A DNA stretch of 64,000 nt from Octopus bimaculoides (lineage: Eukaryota). Location: assembly GCF_001194135.2 (NCBI RefSeq), contig NC_069002.1, positions 4,748,311 through 4,812,310 on the forward strand, read 5' to 3'. Shown here piece by piece: positions 49,714 through 63,565 of this stretch. The position numbers and the translations under genes were made by a program. The notes below the pieces were generated by a model. The model made no database searches. It was not told where the DNA came from and saw only the letters and a program-made list of their open reading frames with translations. Each line of letters starts with the position of its first letter. The stretch's first letter is position 1.

Positions 49714-51954
49714 TTGTATATATGATATAATATATATATGTAACATATATATATAATATATTTGGCACTACCCTCCTCTTCATTGATATTTCAATCTCAG
49801 AACAAAGTTTGCCTTTTAATAAACATTATCATTAAAGTACATTTTAAACATTCATGTTCAGTCTTTACTACCACTCAAAAATGACCAATATAGAGCATAT
49901 TATTATCATTATTATTGGCAGTATTGTTAGTACATCAGTCAATACCTTAGAGTATTTAGTGTTATACTTCATTTTCTTTTTTGACATTTTGTATTCAAAT
50001 CCTGTTTTGGTTAACTTTGCCTTTCCTCTTTCCAGGGTTGATCAAATGAAGTACCACTCAAGTACTGAGGTTGATGATATCGACCCCAGCCCCCACCTTC
50101 CCTTTGAACTTGCTGGCATTGTGTCTAAATTAGAAAAATAATTATCTTCATCATCATCATCGTCATTATTATTATTATTATTATAGCCTGTTCTGCCATG
50201 AAGTTTTCTGTTTTAGAAAGTTTCTGATTGTCTTGTTTAAATTAATATCAAGATAATCCATGCCAGATTAACCATTCTGCACATTGCTGCTGTTTCTAGT
50301 CTGTTCAGTACCATAAACATTTGGGTTCACAGTTCAGCACATCTTTGCAGTGGAGCTTCTGGCGCCCACATCTAATGGTGCGAATACCTACCAGCCTGCC
50401 ATAGAAAGACATTTCAATCAAGTCTCCATTAAACAGCCAACACTCAAGCCTTTTCCACCAGAGACAATATGGTAGCATGTAAAATATGTAAAATACACAT
50501 AGTTATAGTACTCATAGTTCTGGAACTCTAGTTCTTGTTATGTTGAGAAGCATTTAATTTTGTAGTACTGATGTAAGATGTATATCTGTAGTATTCATAA
50601 GTTCTAGAGCTTGAGTTTCGTTGTGCATTTCTTCCCAATGAGATTAAGCATGTTGTATGTGGTACACTGAAGTAAGATATATTTCAGTGTTACAGTGTTT
50701 ATACATTCTCCCACACACACACACACACACTTTCTCCTCATATTCTTGCTGCAGTATACAAAGATCATACGCAGTTTGAATGAGATGGAGAGATTCTGGT
50801 TGTGTGTAACCTTCCAAATAGCAACAGCTTCCGTGTTTATCAGCGAGTGCATCAATCTCCACATCAAAAACTACCATCTTCTGTAGCTGCTGACAAGAGA
50901 AACATGCAGTATGACACGAGCCATGTGTTATTCTGGGCCACAAAAACAAAGTTTTATCAAAGCTTATCATATATATTCCAAATTCTGGGTAAATTTCTAT
51001 ATAAATAGTTGTCTGCTGGTTGCAGTTTCTCTTCTGACTGCATCTTTGTGTAAAGCAGGAAGAGACTTAACACAGCCTGGCATCACAGTATGGAAACAAT
51101 ATGCCAGGTGTGTCAGTATAAACACATACGCACACACATTTTGTAAGACAGTACAGCATTCGTGTTGTACTTCATCTCATTAACCAGGAAGCACCATCTT
51201 AACCATATCTAAAATTACGCATAAAATATGTAGGTGTTACCATTACCATCACTGGAGTTATTTGTGCTGAAATATTGAGAGAGAATTTTTCCAATGTTTC
51301 CAGCCAGATCCACTATAAAACCACATTTGTGCTGTCATGCTCATACTTCTGTAATAAAAATTATTTATATATTTGTAGATATATCTACATAAACACGCAG
51401 ATGTGTATGTATATTTATACATTTATGTTGATATATATAGATGCAGGCATGGCATAGTTTCGTCAGTTTTTTTCTATCAACAAATCATATGCATTCAAAG
51501 CCATGTAAAATAAATGATCCCTTACTTTAAAAACAAGGGTTAACATTAGGAAGGCCATCCAGCTGTGTAAATCAATGCCTTAAATTTGTCCATCCCATGC
51601 AAGCTTGAAAAAAAAAATGATTATATCAAATAAACAAATGAATAAATACATATATGTGTATGTGAAACGCACACACACATACGTTGTGAGCCAGAGGTGG
51701 AAAGAATTATTATTAGGGCAATAGATTGGCTAAATCATTAATATAATGGACAAAATGCCTTATAATTATTATTAGCATTACTACTTTTAATACTCGTATC
51801 AAGGATATTAGATTGAAGGATAGGTGTTAGACAAAAGGACTTGAAATATTTAGTTTTATTCCACAGATCAATATAATGACCGTCAACCCAGATATGTGTG
51901 CCTATGCTCAAAATGATAATAACGATAATTATTAATATTATTATTATTATTATT

Positions 51955-52551
51955 AAAGTGGTGAGCTGGTAGAATCATTAGCATACCAGACAAAATGCTT
52001 ACAAGCATTTCATCTGTCTTAATGTTCTGAGTTCAAATCCCACCAAGGTTGATTTTTGCCTTTCATCCTTTTCGGGTCAGTGAAATAAGTACCAGTTGAC
52101 CACTGGGTCGATGCAATTGACTAGCCCCCTTCCCTTTAAGTTTCAGGATTCATGTCTATAGTAGAAAGGATTATTATTATTATTATTGTTGTTGTTAGGG
52201 TGATAGCAGAATCATTATAGTATCAGTAAAAAAACAAAAAAATGCCTTGTAGTATTCCTTTCCACCCTTTACATTCTGAGTTCAAATTATACCAAGGTCA
52301 ACTTTACCTTTTCATCCTTTTGGGATCAATAAAATAACCAACTAACCACCTCCCTTCAAAACTGCTAGAGTTGTGCCTAACTTAGAAATTATGATTATTA
52401 TTAACATCATCATCATCGTCATAATAATGAAGAACAAAATTTCAACAACCAGTTTTGCATGCAAACAAACAACAACCATTCATTTTCCGTTTTAAAGGTT
52501 TCCTTGTTTTTCTGCAAAGAAATTGCTAAAATTCATTAAAATGGCTCCACA

Positions 52552-52585
<34 letters not shown>

Positions 52586-53035
52586 TGGCAGTGAGCTGGC
52601 AGAATCGTTAGCACACCAGGCAAATTACTTAGTGGCACTTTGTCTCAAATTCTGCCGAGGTCGACTTTGCCTTTCATCCTTTCAGGGGTCGATAAATTAA
52701 GTAACAGTGAAACTCTGGGGTCGATGTAATCGACTAGTCCCCTCCCTCAAAATTTCAGGCCTTGTGCCTTTAGCAGAAAGGATTATTATTATTATTATTA
52801 TTATCATTTAGTGGAGAGCTGGCAGAATCGTTTGCACGCCGGGCAAAAGGCTTAGAAGCATTTCGTCTGTCTTTACATTCTGAGTTCAAATTCCGCCAAG
52901 GTTCAATTTACCTTTCATCCTTTCAGGGTCGATAAAATAAATACCAGTTGAACACTGGGGGTCAATGTAATTGTAATCGACTCATCCCCTCCCCACAAAT
53001 TGCTAGCCTTGTGCTAAAATTTAAAACCATTAATA
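51955..53035 (+). mobile_element. Head-to-tail cluster of at least four family-A SINEs separated by (ATT)n
   Basis: Copies start near 51957, 52200, 52588 and 52810, all in + orientation. Confidence 0.9.
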
Positions 53036-55072
53036 TTATTATCATTTTTTTTTTTTTGTTTTTTTACTGGAAAGCTTGTCATTTTGTTAAAAAGGAAAAA
53101 AACTCAAAAAAGGATTTTTTAGAGGACTACCTTGCTTTTTCAAGTGCCACATCCTACCACATATAACCAATTCTACCCTCCAACGCTCCTGATTCTAAAG
53201 ACATAAAAAGAAGCTGTTAGANNNNNNNNNNNNNNNNNNNNNNNNNNNNNNNNNNNNNNNNNNNNNNNNNNNNNNNNNNNNNNNNNNNNNNNNNNNNNNN
53301 NNNNNNNNNNNNNNNNNNNNNNNNNNNNNNNNNNNNNNNNNNNNNNNNNNNNNNNNNNNNNNNNNNNNNNNNNNNNNNNNNNNNNNNNNNNNNNNNNNNN
53401 NNNNNNNNNNNNNNNNNNNNNNNNNNNNNNNNNNNNNNNNNNNNNNNNNNNNNNNNNNNNNNNNNNNNNNNNNNNNNNNNNNNNNNNNNNNNNNNNNNNN
53501 NNNNNNNNNNNNNNNNNNNNNNNNNNNNNNNNNNNNNNNNNNNNNNNNNNNNNNNNNNNNNNNNNNNNNNNNNNNNNNNNNNNNNNNNNNNNNNNNNNNN
53601 NNNNNNNNNNNNNNNNNNNNNNNNNNNNNNNNNNNNNNNNNNNNNNNNNNNNNNNNNNNNNNNNNNNNNNNNNNNNNNNNNNNNNNNNNNNNNNNNNNNN
53701 NNNNNNNNNNNNNNNNNNNNNNNNNNNNNNNNNNNNNNNNNNNNNNNNNNNNNNNNNNNNNNNNNNNNNNNNNNNNNNNNNNNNNNNNNNNNNNNNNNNN
53801 NNNNNNNNNNNNNNNNNNNNNNNNNNNNNNNNNNNNNNNNNNNNNNNNNNNNNNNNNNNNNNNNNNNNNNNNNNNNNNNNNNNNNNNNNNNNNNNNNCTC
53901 ATGCATCCTTATTTTTCCAACCATTATATACATGAATTACCATTGAACTTCAAAAGCTCAAAGACAATATAATGTATTGATATGTTTATTTTTTTATATA
54001 TTATTTTCTTCATTTTGTACTTCTTTGTAAAAAACATTTTCATTCTCCTTCTTGAAAATTTGCTTCGCAATGAAAGCCGGTTAGAAATCTTTATTAAAAT
54101 ATGCTTCCAGTTTAGTATTCTGCCTTATTCTTCATTTTCCTATTATTTCTCCACGTGCGGTTAACACAACCCCACTATTTACTGACTTATATATATATGC
54201 CAGTGTCACATTAAAAGCACCCAGCTGTAGAAACCAAGCCAAATCAGACTGGAACCTGGTGCAGCTCTTCTGCTTGTCAATTCTGGTCAAACCATCCAAC
54301 CCATGCCAGCATGGAAAACAGGCAATAAAGGATGATGATGATGATACATATATGTATGTGTATGTATACCTTCACACACACACACACGCGTGTTTAGGTG
54401 CAGGATTCCTGAACGTCTGGCTTGTTCCTTATTGTGTGATAACTCTAGGCAAGAAAGCGCCATCTACAATTGTTTGAGATTGTCCTAAGTTATTTCATTG
54501 AAATTGAGGTGACACGAACTATACTGAAGCCTTCTTTGGTTTGATAGAATGGTTAGCACGCCAAGCGAGATGCTTAGAGGTATTTCGTCTGTCTTTATGT
54601 TCTGAGTTCAAATTCCGCCGAGGTCGACTTACCTTTCATCCTTTCGGGGTTGATTAAATAAGTAACAGTTACAAACTGAGGTCGATGTGATCGACTTAAT
54701 CCCTTTATGTTTAGCCCCTTGTGGGCAATAGAGAAATAAATATTAGTAATTCAAGGAGTCAGCCATCACAGTGTCACAATTTGAGCATGCCTGGAAATTA
54801 TATTAAAGTTTTAAATGCCTGTGGAATATTCCACAGCTTAAACTACGATCCAATGAATATGTAACGCCATTTAATACTCGTCTAAGTTCGTGAAGGAAGC
54901 ACTGACATACGTGTGTGTGTGGCTGTGGTTGTACGTCTGTGCTCGTGGGTGTAGGTGTACATCTATGAGTGTGTGTATGCGTGCGTATGGTCATGTATGC
55001 ATGCGCATATGTGTGTGCGCACGAGTATGCGTGCGCGCGCGTATTTGTACATGCACGCATGCGTGCGTATGC

Positions 55073-55112
<40 letters not shown>

Positions 55113-55511
55113 ATACAGACATATTTATATATGTACGTATGCATATACAGACACAAACACACACGTATGTTTAAAATACGCATTTTGAATGTTAATTATT
55201 TTACATGCAAAAACATTAAAGTACACAACACACGGAGAAATTACACACAGACTGGTATATATATATATATACGTACGTGCGTGTGTGTGTGTGTGTGTAT
55301 ACAAAACAATTAGTTCAGGCATTTCATCATCTTAATGACCATTCCACTTCAGATGAGAAACCTTTTTATATATCCGCAACAGTTAAACAGTCAGGTTATA
55401 AAAACTGTTCGTCTCATTACAGCTTATGTTTCACATATAATTGCAGATTAACGGAACACTTTAAAAACACAAAACTTGTAACATGCAACCTAAATACTGT
55501 CGCTAATGAAT

Positions 55512-55551
<40 letters not shown>

Positions 55552-55739
55552 TGCATGCGTGTGTGTATGCATATTCATGCATGTATGTATACTGCCCATT
55601 AACGAAGTATTTAAGATGTACATATATACATACATACACATAGTATATTTAATCCTTGTGTACTAATGAATAATTAAACGTTACACAAACAAGTCGACTA
55701 TAATTTCTTTCTCTGTGTGTGTGTGTAATATCTATTTAC

Positions 55740-55790
<51 letters not shown>

Positions 55791-56129
55791 TCATAACTAT
55801 ATAAACGAAGTGTTAAACGTTATTATAAGAAGGTATGTGTGTGTACATGCGCAAACACACACACAGAACTATGTATGCAATTAAGGTTGATGAAGGTTGT
55901 GCATGCTACAATTCTCTTTAAAAATTATCCTTTATACACACACAGGCACAGGTGTGGGTGTGTGGTAAGAAGCTTGCTTCTCAACCACATGGTTCTGGGT
56001 TCAGTCCCACTGTGTGGCACCTTGAGCAAGTGTCTTCAACTATAGCCTCAGGCTCACCAAAGCCTTGTGAATGGATTTGTTGTATATATATATATATATA
56101 TGAGTGTGTGTGTGTATGTATGTATATAC

Positions 56130-56320
56130 CATCATCATCGTTTAATGTCTGCTTTCCATGCTAGCATGGGTTGGACGATTTGACTGAGGACTGGCAAACC
56201 AGATGGCTACACCAGGCTCCAATCTGATCTGGCAGAGTTTCTACAGCTGGATGCCCTTCCTAACGCCAACCACTCCAAGAGTGTAGTGGGTGCTTTTACG
56301 TGCCACCAGCACGAGGGCCA
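56130..56320 (-). mobile_element. Family C short retroposon / LINE 3'-end with (GAT)n tail. Other copies near 3745-3858, 7365-7462, 14228-14420 (-), 35470-35592, 54215-54345, 60780-60995
   Basis: Shared ccatgccagcatggaaa...gttaaacgatgatgatg end and ggatgcccttcctaacgccaacc core. Confidence 0.8.
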
Positions 56321-56795
56321 GACAGATTGGATCCTGTCAAACCATTTAACCCATGTCAGCATGCAACGTGGATGTTGAATGATGCTGGACTTGTGGAGAG
56401 TTTTGTGGTATGTGTATGTAAACAATAGTGAAAAGGTAATAAATATGAAGTTACTCTCTGGTAACAATCACCCAGCTGTGAATAGGTACCATGTGGAGGT
56501 AGAGTTCATTGTTCTAAGTAGGAGAGGAAGTGTTAGATAATGGGAAAATTATACTGTGCCATATCTACACAACCACCACACAAAGCATGAGTCACAAAAA
56601 ATCTTCATCCCTGAACAATCAATGATGCTGTTACAAGGGATGAGTTTGCCCTACTCTGAAGAATTATCCAGACCACCCACACATCTCGGATGATGCCTCC
56701 GATATGAATATTTTACTGGTATTCGGAGTCAGAACCACAAGCCCAATTATCCTATCCTTACACGACTGTGCATACACACATCATTATGCACGCAT

Positions 56796-56841
<46 letters not shown>

Positions 56842-58619
56842 CAATGTGAAGTATTGACAGACACAAATGTGCACGCATTAATGAACACAGATGTGCTTAC
56901 ATCAACACACACACACACATACACAGAAGCACATCTTTGTACAAATATACATCACCTGCATGCATACACCTATGCATCTATATGCACGTTAACATGCACG
57001 TCTACACACACCACACACTTTCACTAATTATATAATTTACAAGCCGCTATTCATTGGACATCATTATATTTACTCACAAACACACACATATAAACACAAA
57101 GCGACAGGAAGACTGACAGTCAGACAGACTGGACAGACAGACAGACAGACGCGTACACAATGTCCAGTTGTGGTGACTAATTACATTCAAACCCAACAAC
57201 TCACCCGTTTCTTTCTCTCTCTCTGGTCGGTGTGGAAACCATTAAAAGAACACAGATTTTTTGGCAGTCCCTCCTAAATTTGAACCATTCAACCATTCCA
57301 CATTTCCAGTTAAGAAAAGGAAGTGTGGCGGGGAGGGAGAAAGAGTGGGAGTAAGACATGCGAAGTTTCCGGAATGGTGAAAAATAAAAAAGGTGTTAGG
57401 AGAGGGTTTGGCGATTTCAAATTGCCCATCATACCATACACACCCCATCAACCTGAAGTCTATTGAGTTTTTTGTTATGCTTGATTGTGGATAAGGATTT
57501 TTTTTTTCCTTTTGAGCCAGGAAAGGGTCTTTGTATTTATTTATTTACTTCATTCTTTCATCTGACTTCCCTGAATCTAACTGCATCTTCACACACCCAC
57601 CTTTTTTTTTTTTTCAATATAGAAGTCCTATTGAGGCCTTTTGTATATCTCAATTCCCATCTATCAATATATATATATATATGTGTGTGTGTGTGCATAT
57701 ATACACACACATACACACACACACATAGATACAAACACACACACATACATATACACACATAAACAAGTGCACATATACAAAAATACACACACAACTACTC
57801 GCAATAAAACATTAATAACTTTGAAATCTGTAAAACTTGTGTGACTGTCTAGTTCTCTCTCTCTCTCTCTCTCTCTCTCACAGACACACACATACAAACA
57901 CACACACACACACACATACACATACAATTACACACAAAACAATGCACAAATTTATATCAGCATTCATATCAACATACTCATAGATTACACACAATGCCAT
58001 ACATACAACCAAATACACACGTGCATATCTGTGTGTAATACACACACACACACACATTTTACGCAGTATGTATGTAGTGTGTGTATACAATTCTTTGATA
58101 TTCATTAAATTTCTGTAAAATTGCAAGACATAACCGGAAATTTTAGAACTGGTAATTGTAATGGGAGGGATAAAAGGGAGGGAGGGCGAAAGGTGGATTG
58201 TCTGCCATTGTGATATGCCTCTGATAATAGAACCATTGTTGATGCTGTTGTGTAGCTGCTTCTCCCTCTCACACATACTGGTGGTGGAGACGGTGGTGGT
58301 GGCGGCAGTGGTGGTGGTGGTGGTGGTTCTGGCATCAGAGATATTATTTTCATTGTGATTGTTGATGATATAATTAACGCGGTGTATGTGGTGGGGTAGT
58401 TAGTGATTGGGTTATTGCTGCTGTTGTTGAAGTAATTACAATAGTATTTGACATCCATCATAAACAGATATATATAAATATATACATACATATATANNNN
58501 NNNNNNNNNNNNNNNNNNNNNNNNNNNNNNNNNNNNNNNNNNNNNNNNNNNNNNNNNNNNNNNNNNNNNNNNNNNNNNNNNNNNNNNNNNNNNNNNNNNN
58601 NNNNNNNNNNNNNNNNNNN

Positions 58620-58656
<37 letters not shown>

Positions 58657-58862
58657 CCCTGGATGCTCTGGGGAGCTTGCCTGCCTTGTCAGTCATAAGA
58701 TAAGTATGTTCTCATGGCTGAGTTGTTTTGACTCTTATTTCTAGCAATGCTGATGCAAACTAGCACCCTTAGTCAATTTAGTGACATCTATAGTTCTGTC
58801 TTTTGATTGTAAATTGTGAATAAGCCACCTTTATTATTATTAATATATCCATATACACACAC

Positions 58863-58895
<33 letters not shown>

Positions 58896-60552
58896 ATATA
58901 TATTATTTAGTTCAACTTAAAACCCTTCAAAGCATTGCTCCAGCTTGGCTGCAGTCAGATGACCGAAACAAGTAAAAGAATAACATAAGTATCAGAGGCG
59001 ATCAACTAAAACCTCCCAGAAGGGGTGCCCCAGCTTGGTCGCAGTCCAACTACTGAAAACAGTAGAAGAATAATAGAATATGAAGTTATTCAAACATGAT
59101 CTGGAATATGGGGTAAACTCCAAAACATATGAATAAATCACAATAATATGTTTCAGATATTTAGTTGTTGTCATCGTCATCATTGTCATATCAGTAATTA
59201 AAAACCATAATCAATTAACTGTTCCCTTTTGTTTAATTAGTCTGGTTTTCTTTTTATTCGTTTTTAATTTTGCTGTCCCCCCAACTGTATTCCAATCTAT
59301 TTGTTGTTGGTGTTTGTTTTAGTTTTTAAATTTTTTTATATATATATATATTTCTTTTTTTCCAAAGGGGGAAACAAAACCCTCCTCTACCCATTACCCT
59401 AGGCATTGTTAAGTCAATGACAAAACACCCACCCGCCCATACCACCACCACCACTACTCTCACTACTATACAAGCAGATACCCTGATCAAATGAGAATAC
59501 TGACAACCATGACAATATTGATGATGATGATGTTGATGATGACAATGAGGGTGATGATGAAAGTTTAATATGTACTTCTGCCACTGGGATTGATGGTGCT
59601 ACAAGGACTGTGAGAAGAAGGGTAGAAAATGGTTGCAGAGCCAGAAAATGAGGAGTGCTATCCCCCATCTACCCTCATCTGTCTCCTGTCTACCCTCAAG
59701 CTGGATGCCTGTTTATGAAGTCAAAAAATCCAAGAGAGAGAGGAGAGAGAGTATGTGTGTGTGTGAATGAGAGAGAGAGTATGTGTGTGTGTGTGTGTGT
59801 GTGTGCACACGCACATGCACGTGTGCTCCCTATGATTTCTGACATAACCAATTTCCACAGAAGGGACTGTCTGAGCAGTATAGAACTCTGAAGATGACCA
59901 TCTGCCTCTAGCTGGCTACTGCCACAAAACCACCACCACTACACATGCATAAAAGAGAGGGAGGACTTCCACCACCATCCCTCCATCCCTCACATAAAAA
60001 GTAGGAGAAGCAAAAGCTGCCACCCTCGTCCACATTGTTATTATTCCAAGATAGCTTAATGACTCATTCTAATTGTATTTATGTAATGCCAATTGATAAT
60101 CTGTGAGACTTTAAGCTAGTTCTACCACAGATGATTTTAGCACTGCTCCATGGTACCTAGATTTAATTCTACTACAGATGAAGCACCATTGTACAATATT
60201 ACCTGCTGAGATTTACCACATGCAGTTTTGTTATTACTAATGATATTGTGACTAGCTTTAACACGGTCCGTGACACTGTGACTAGCTTTACTACGGCTTG
60301 TTAAAAGGGACTGGCTTTACCATGGATAGTAAAGCCAGTCCTATGGTAGCTTTGTTACAGCTGGTGGAAATGTGACTAGTGTTAGTATAACTTGTGGTCC
60401 TGTAACTTTATCCCAGTTGGTGATACTGTGGCAAGACGATGACAAGTGATCAAGACTTTTGGAGATTTGCTGTGCTTTAGAAGATATGTCCAGCTAAATG
60501 AAATCGTAGTCATGGTCAGTGCTGGTGATGTATGCACCAATGTTGGTAACAT

Positions 60553-60775
60553 GTTAAGGGCACCTGTGCCAGTGATATGGTAAAGGCATCCCCACCAGTG
60601 ACACATTAAGGGCACCCATGCCAGTGATTCATTCAGGGCATCCATGCTGGTGACGCGTTAAAGGCACCTGTGCCAGTGACATGTTAAAGGCACCTGTGCT
60701 GGTGACGCGTTAAAGGCACCTGTGCCAGTGACATGTTAAAGGCACCTGTGCTGGTGACATGTTAAAGGCACCTGG
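60553..60775. repeat. 26-bp minisatellite, about 9 copies (AAAGGCACCTGTGCCAGTGACATGTT)
   Basis: Direct tandem units without spacers, directly upstream of a family-C element. Confidence 0.9.
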
Positions 60776-60997
60776 TACACTCTGTGGAATAGGCATCCAG
60801 CTGTAAAAATCATGCCAAAACTGACCTCACCTGTGCTGATGTCACATAAAAAGCATCCAGTCCACACTGTGAAGTGGCTGGCATTAGGAAGGGCATCCAG
60901 CCATAGAAACCAAGCCAAAACAGACTGGAGCCTGATGCAGCTCTCTGGCTTACCAGCGAGAGTCAAACCATCTAACCCATGCCAACATGGAAAAATG

Positions 60998-61120
60998 GTG
61001 AAAGTCGATGTATATAAGTCAGTGGACTTGACAACCTTGCTTCATGGTGCTGAATCTTGGACTCTGTACCAAAAGCACATCAACCAGCTTGATGCTTTTC
61101 ATATACGATGCTTGCATACT
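60998..61120 (+). mobile_element. RTE-clade LINE ORF2 fragment
   Basis: KVDVYKSVDLTTLLHGAESWTLYQKHINQLDAFHIRCL matches the post-RT motif YxAxVLxTLLYGxExWT...L..FH.RCLR. Confidence 0.8.
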
Positions 61121-62416
61121 AGGTTTGTATGAATGATAAAGGACTATGTACTGAAGACATTGTTTTTTCACTTGCTAGCATACACACACGTGTACACACA
61201 CATGCACACATACACACACACACATACACATACACACACTCACCTTTGTGAGTGCATACCTGCATGAATGTATGCCTGCATACACACATCCTCATATATT
61301 AGACATGTTTACCCACGTGCATGCATATATTGTGTATATATATATACACATGCACACGTACAAAAAATGTGTGTGTGTGTGTGTGAGAATATATATCTAC
61401 ATATAAATATACATATACACACATATATATATACACACACACACACACACNNNNNNNNNNCATATACACACACACACACACACACACTTATATGTATATT
61501 ATGTTCCCTCACTTACTCTCTCTCTCTCTCTCTTTCTCCCTATGTTACTCTTTCATTTTCCTTGTTTTCTCAATAAGGACTAATGTCTGAAATGTCAAGA
61601 CACTCCATTCTCCTTTCAAGTGTTCAGCTAAAACTAATACCACATCATCATATTTTGTTCTTTCTGAGTTGTTCATTCTGTGTTGTTTTTAACTGATTTT
61701 TACTGAATATTTTACAGACATGAACTCACACACACACACATACACATATTACATATATACATACATATAAATACACACACACACACACAAACACACATTC
61801 ACTTATACTGTAAGAGAGATACTGTCTCTGCAAACAGTAACACATAATATGGCTTACAGAGACTTTATTTAAGAGTCAACTACAGCAGCACAACAAACTC
61901 ATACCATTAATGCCTCCAAAATGACTAAAGATACCATAGTACTTTCCAAACATATTTACTTACTAAAAGACAGACAGAAACTGCCAACATTTTATGAAGA
62001 ATGGTAGCTAAACCACAAGCATTTGAAGGTTTTGCAGATTTGAAGTCTTGTTAAAGATATTATACATCTCTGGTGCTGGTGTCACAAGAAATAAAAAGGA
62101 TATGAGCTGTCTCTTAATGAAGTAATCCCATCACTCATGGCAACATAGAAAGCAAACAAAACAATGATGATGACGACGACGACGATGATGATGATGACGA
62201 CGACGATGATGATGATGATGATGATATTGATTTTGATATATAGATATATTTTGATCAAATCCCCAACAGGTTAATATGGGATCTCCTAACGATAATCTAA
62301 AGGCCTCTATGAGTAGCTTGCAGTCTATCCTTGTTTGGATAATTTACTACTTCCAACATTCTGCTAGCTACAAAATATATGTAGCTTAGATTTTATCTGT
62401 TCCATTCCCAAATTTT

Positions 62417-62742
62417 TGGCTCAGTGGCTAGAGCATCGAGCTTACGATTGTGAGGTTGTGAGTTCGAATCCCTGACCGGACTGCATGTTGTATTCTTGAG
62501 CAAGACACTTTATTTCACGTTGCTCCAGTTAACTCAGCTGTAGATATGAGTTGTGACATCACTGGTGCCAAGCTGTATCGGCCTTTGCCTTTCCTTTGGA
62601 TAACATTGGTGGCATGGAGAGGGGAGGCTGGTATGCATGGGCAACTGCTGGTCTTCCATAAACAACCTTGCCCGGACTTGTGCTTGGAAGGGTAACTTTC
62701 TGGGTGCAATCCCATGGTCAGTCATGGCAGAAGGGGGCCTCA
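62417..62742 (+). mobile_element. tRNA-derived SINE family D (second copy about 25065-25345, minus strand)
   Basis: A box TGGCTCAGTGG and B box GTTCGAATCC followed by a body shared with the 25-kb copy. Confidence 0.85.
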
Positions 62743-62775
62743 GCATATATATATATATATACATATAAATACATA

Positions 62776-62855
<80 letters not shown>

Positions 62856-63533
62856 AATCCAAATTGAGGAAGTGGAACAAATAAAGTCCAGGCTACATAT
62901 GTTTCCTAGCTAGCAGATCCTCTGATGAAATAATTACTCAATGAGGTGTACTCAGTGATGGGGTATTCAGCCAGCTAGTCATCAGGCCGAAGATACCTTA
63001 GTTATATGAAAATTACATTGTCCCTGAAGATACTGAAGTATCTTCAGCCTGATTAGTAGCTGGCTAAGTACCCATCATTGAATAACTATTACACCAGAGG
63101 AGCCGCTTGCAAGGAAACATGTGTTGTCTGGATTTTGCCTGTTCCACTCCCTGATTCATAGTGACTCAAGTTGCTAACCATCAGCTATACAACAAGTTTT
63201 TCAGCTAATCGAACTTCAATATGGGAAAAGCCTGCAACCTTCAGCCTCAATAAATTATTATTGTTCCTGAATGTTGCTTTTTATACCTACCATGGGCTGC
63301 TCGAAGTTTATAAACTTTCTACACTTAGATCCTTGGATTTTACAATTACTTACATTTATATATAGGTGGGGGTGTGGCTGTGTGTTAGAAAGCTTCAGCA
63401 CAGCCACAGTCAAATGACTGAACCAAGTAATATNNNNNNNNNNNNNNNNNNNNNNNNNNNNNNNNNNNNNNNNNNNNNNNNNNNNNNNNNNNNNNNNNNN
63501 NNNNNNNNNNNNNNNNNNNNNNNNNNNNNNNNN

Positions 63534-63565
<32 letters not shown>

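Noticed and set aside
50802-50870. C2H2 zinc-finger-like RVYQRVH on the + strand
   Set aside because: The Cys/His spacing is wrong and the first Cys and His are missing.
54819-54836. 18-bp perfect palindrome CTGTGGAATATTCCACAG
   Set aside because: Isolated, with no associated feature; cannot be assigned a function from sequence alone.
59490-59651. Acidic ORF (NENTDNHDNIDDDD...RARK*)
   Set aside because: Derived mainly from a (GAT)n repeat, with no start codon or acceptor.
60553-60775. CRISPR-like array
   Set aside because: The units are contiguous with no unique spacers, there are no cas genes, and the context is eukaryotic.
62417-62480. tRNA gene
   Set aside because: A and B boxes are present, but the sequence runs into a repeated SINE body with no proper acceptor stem or terminator; it is a SINE head.
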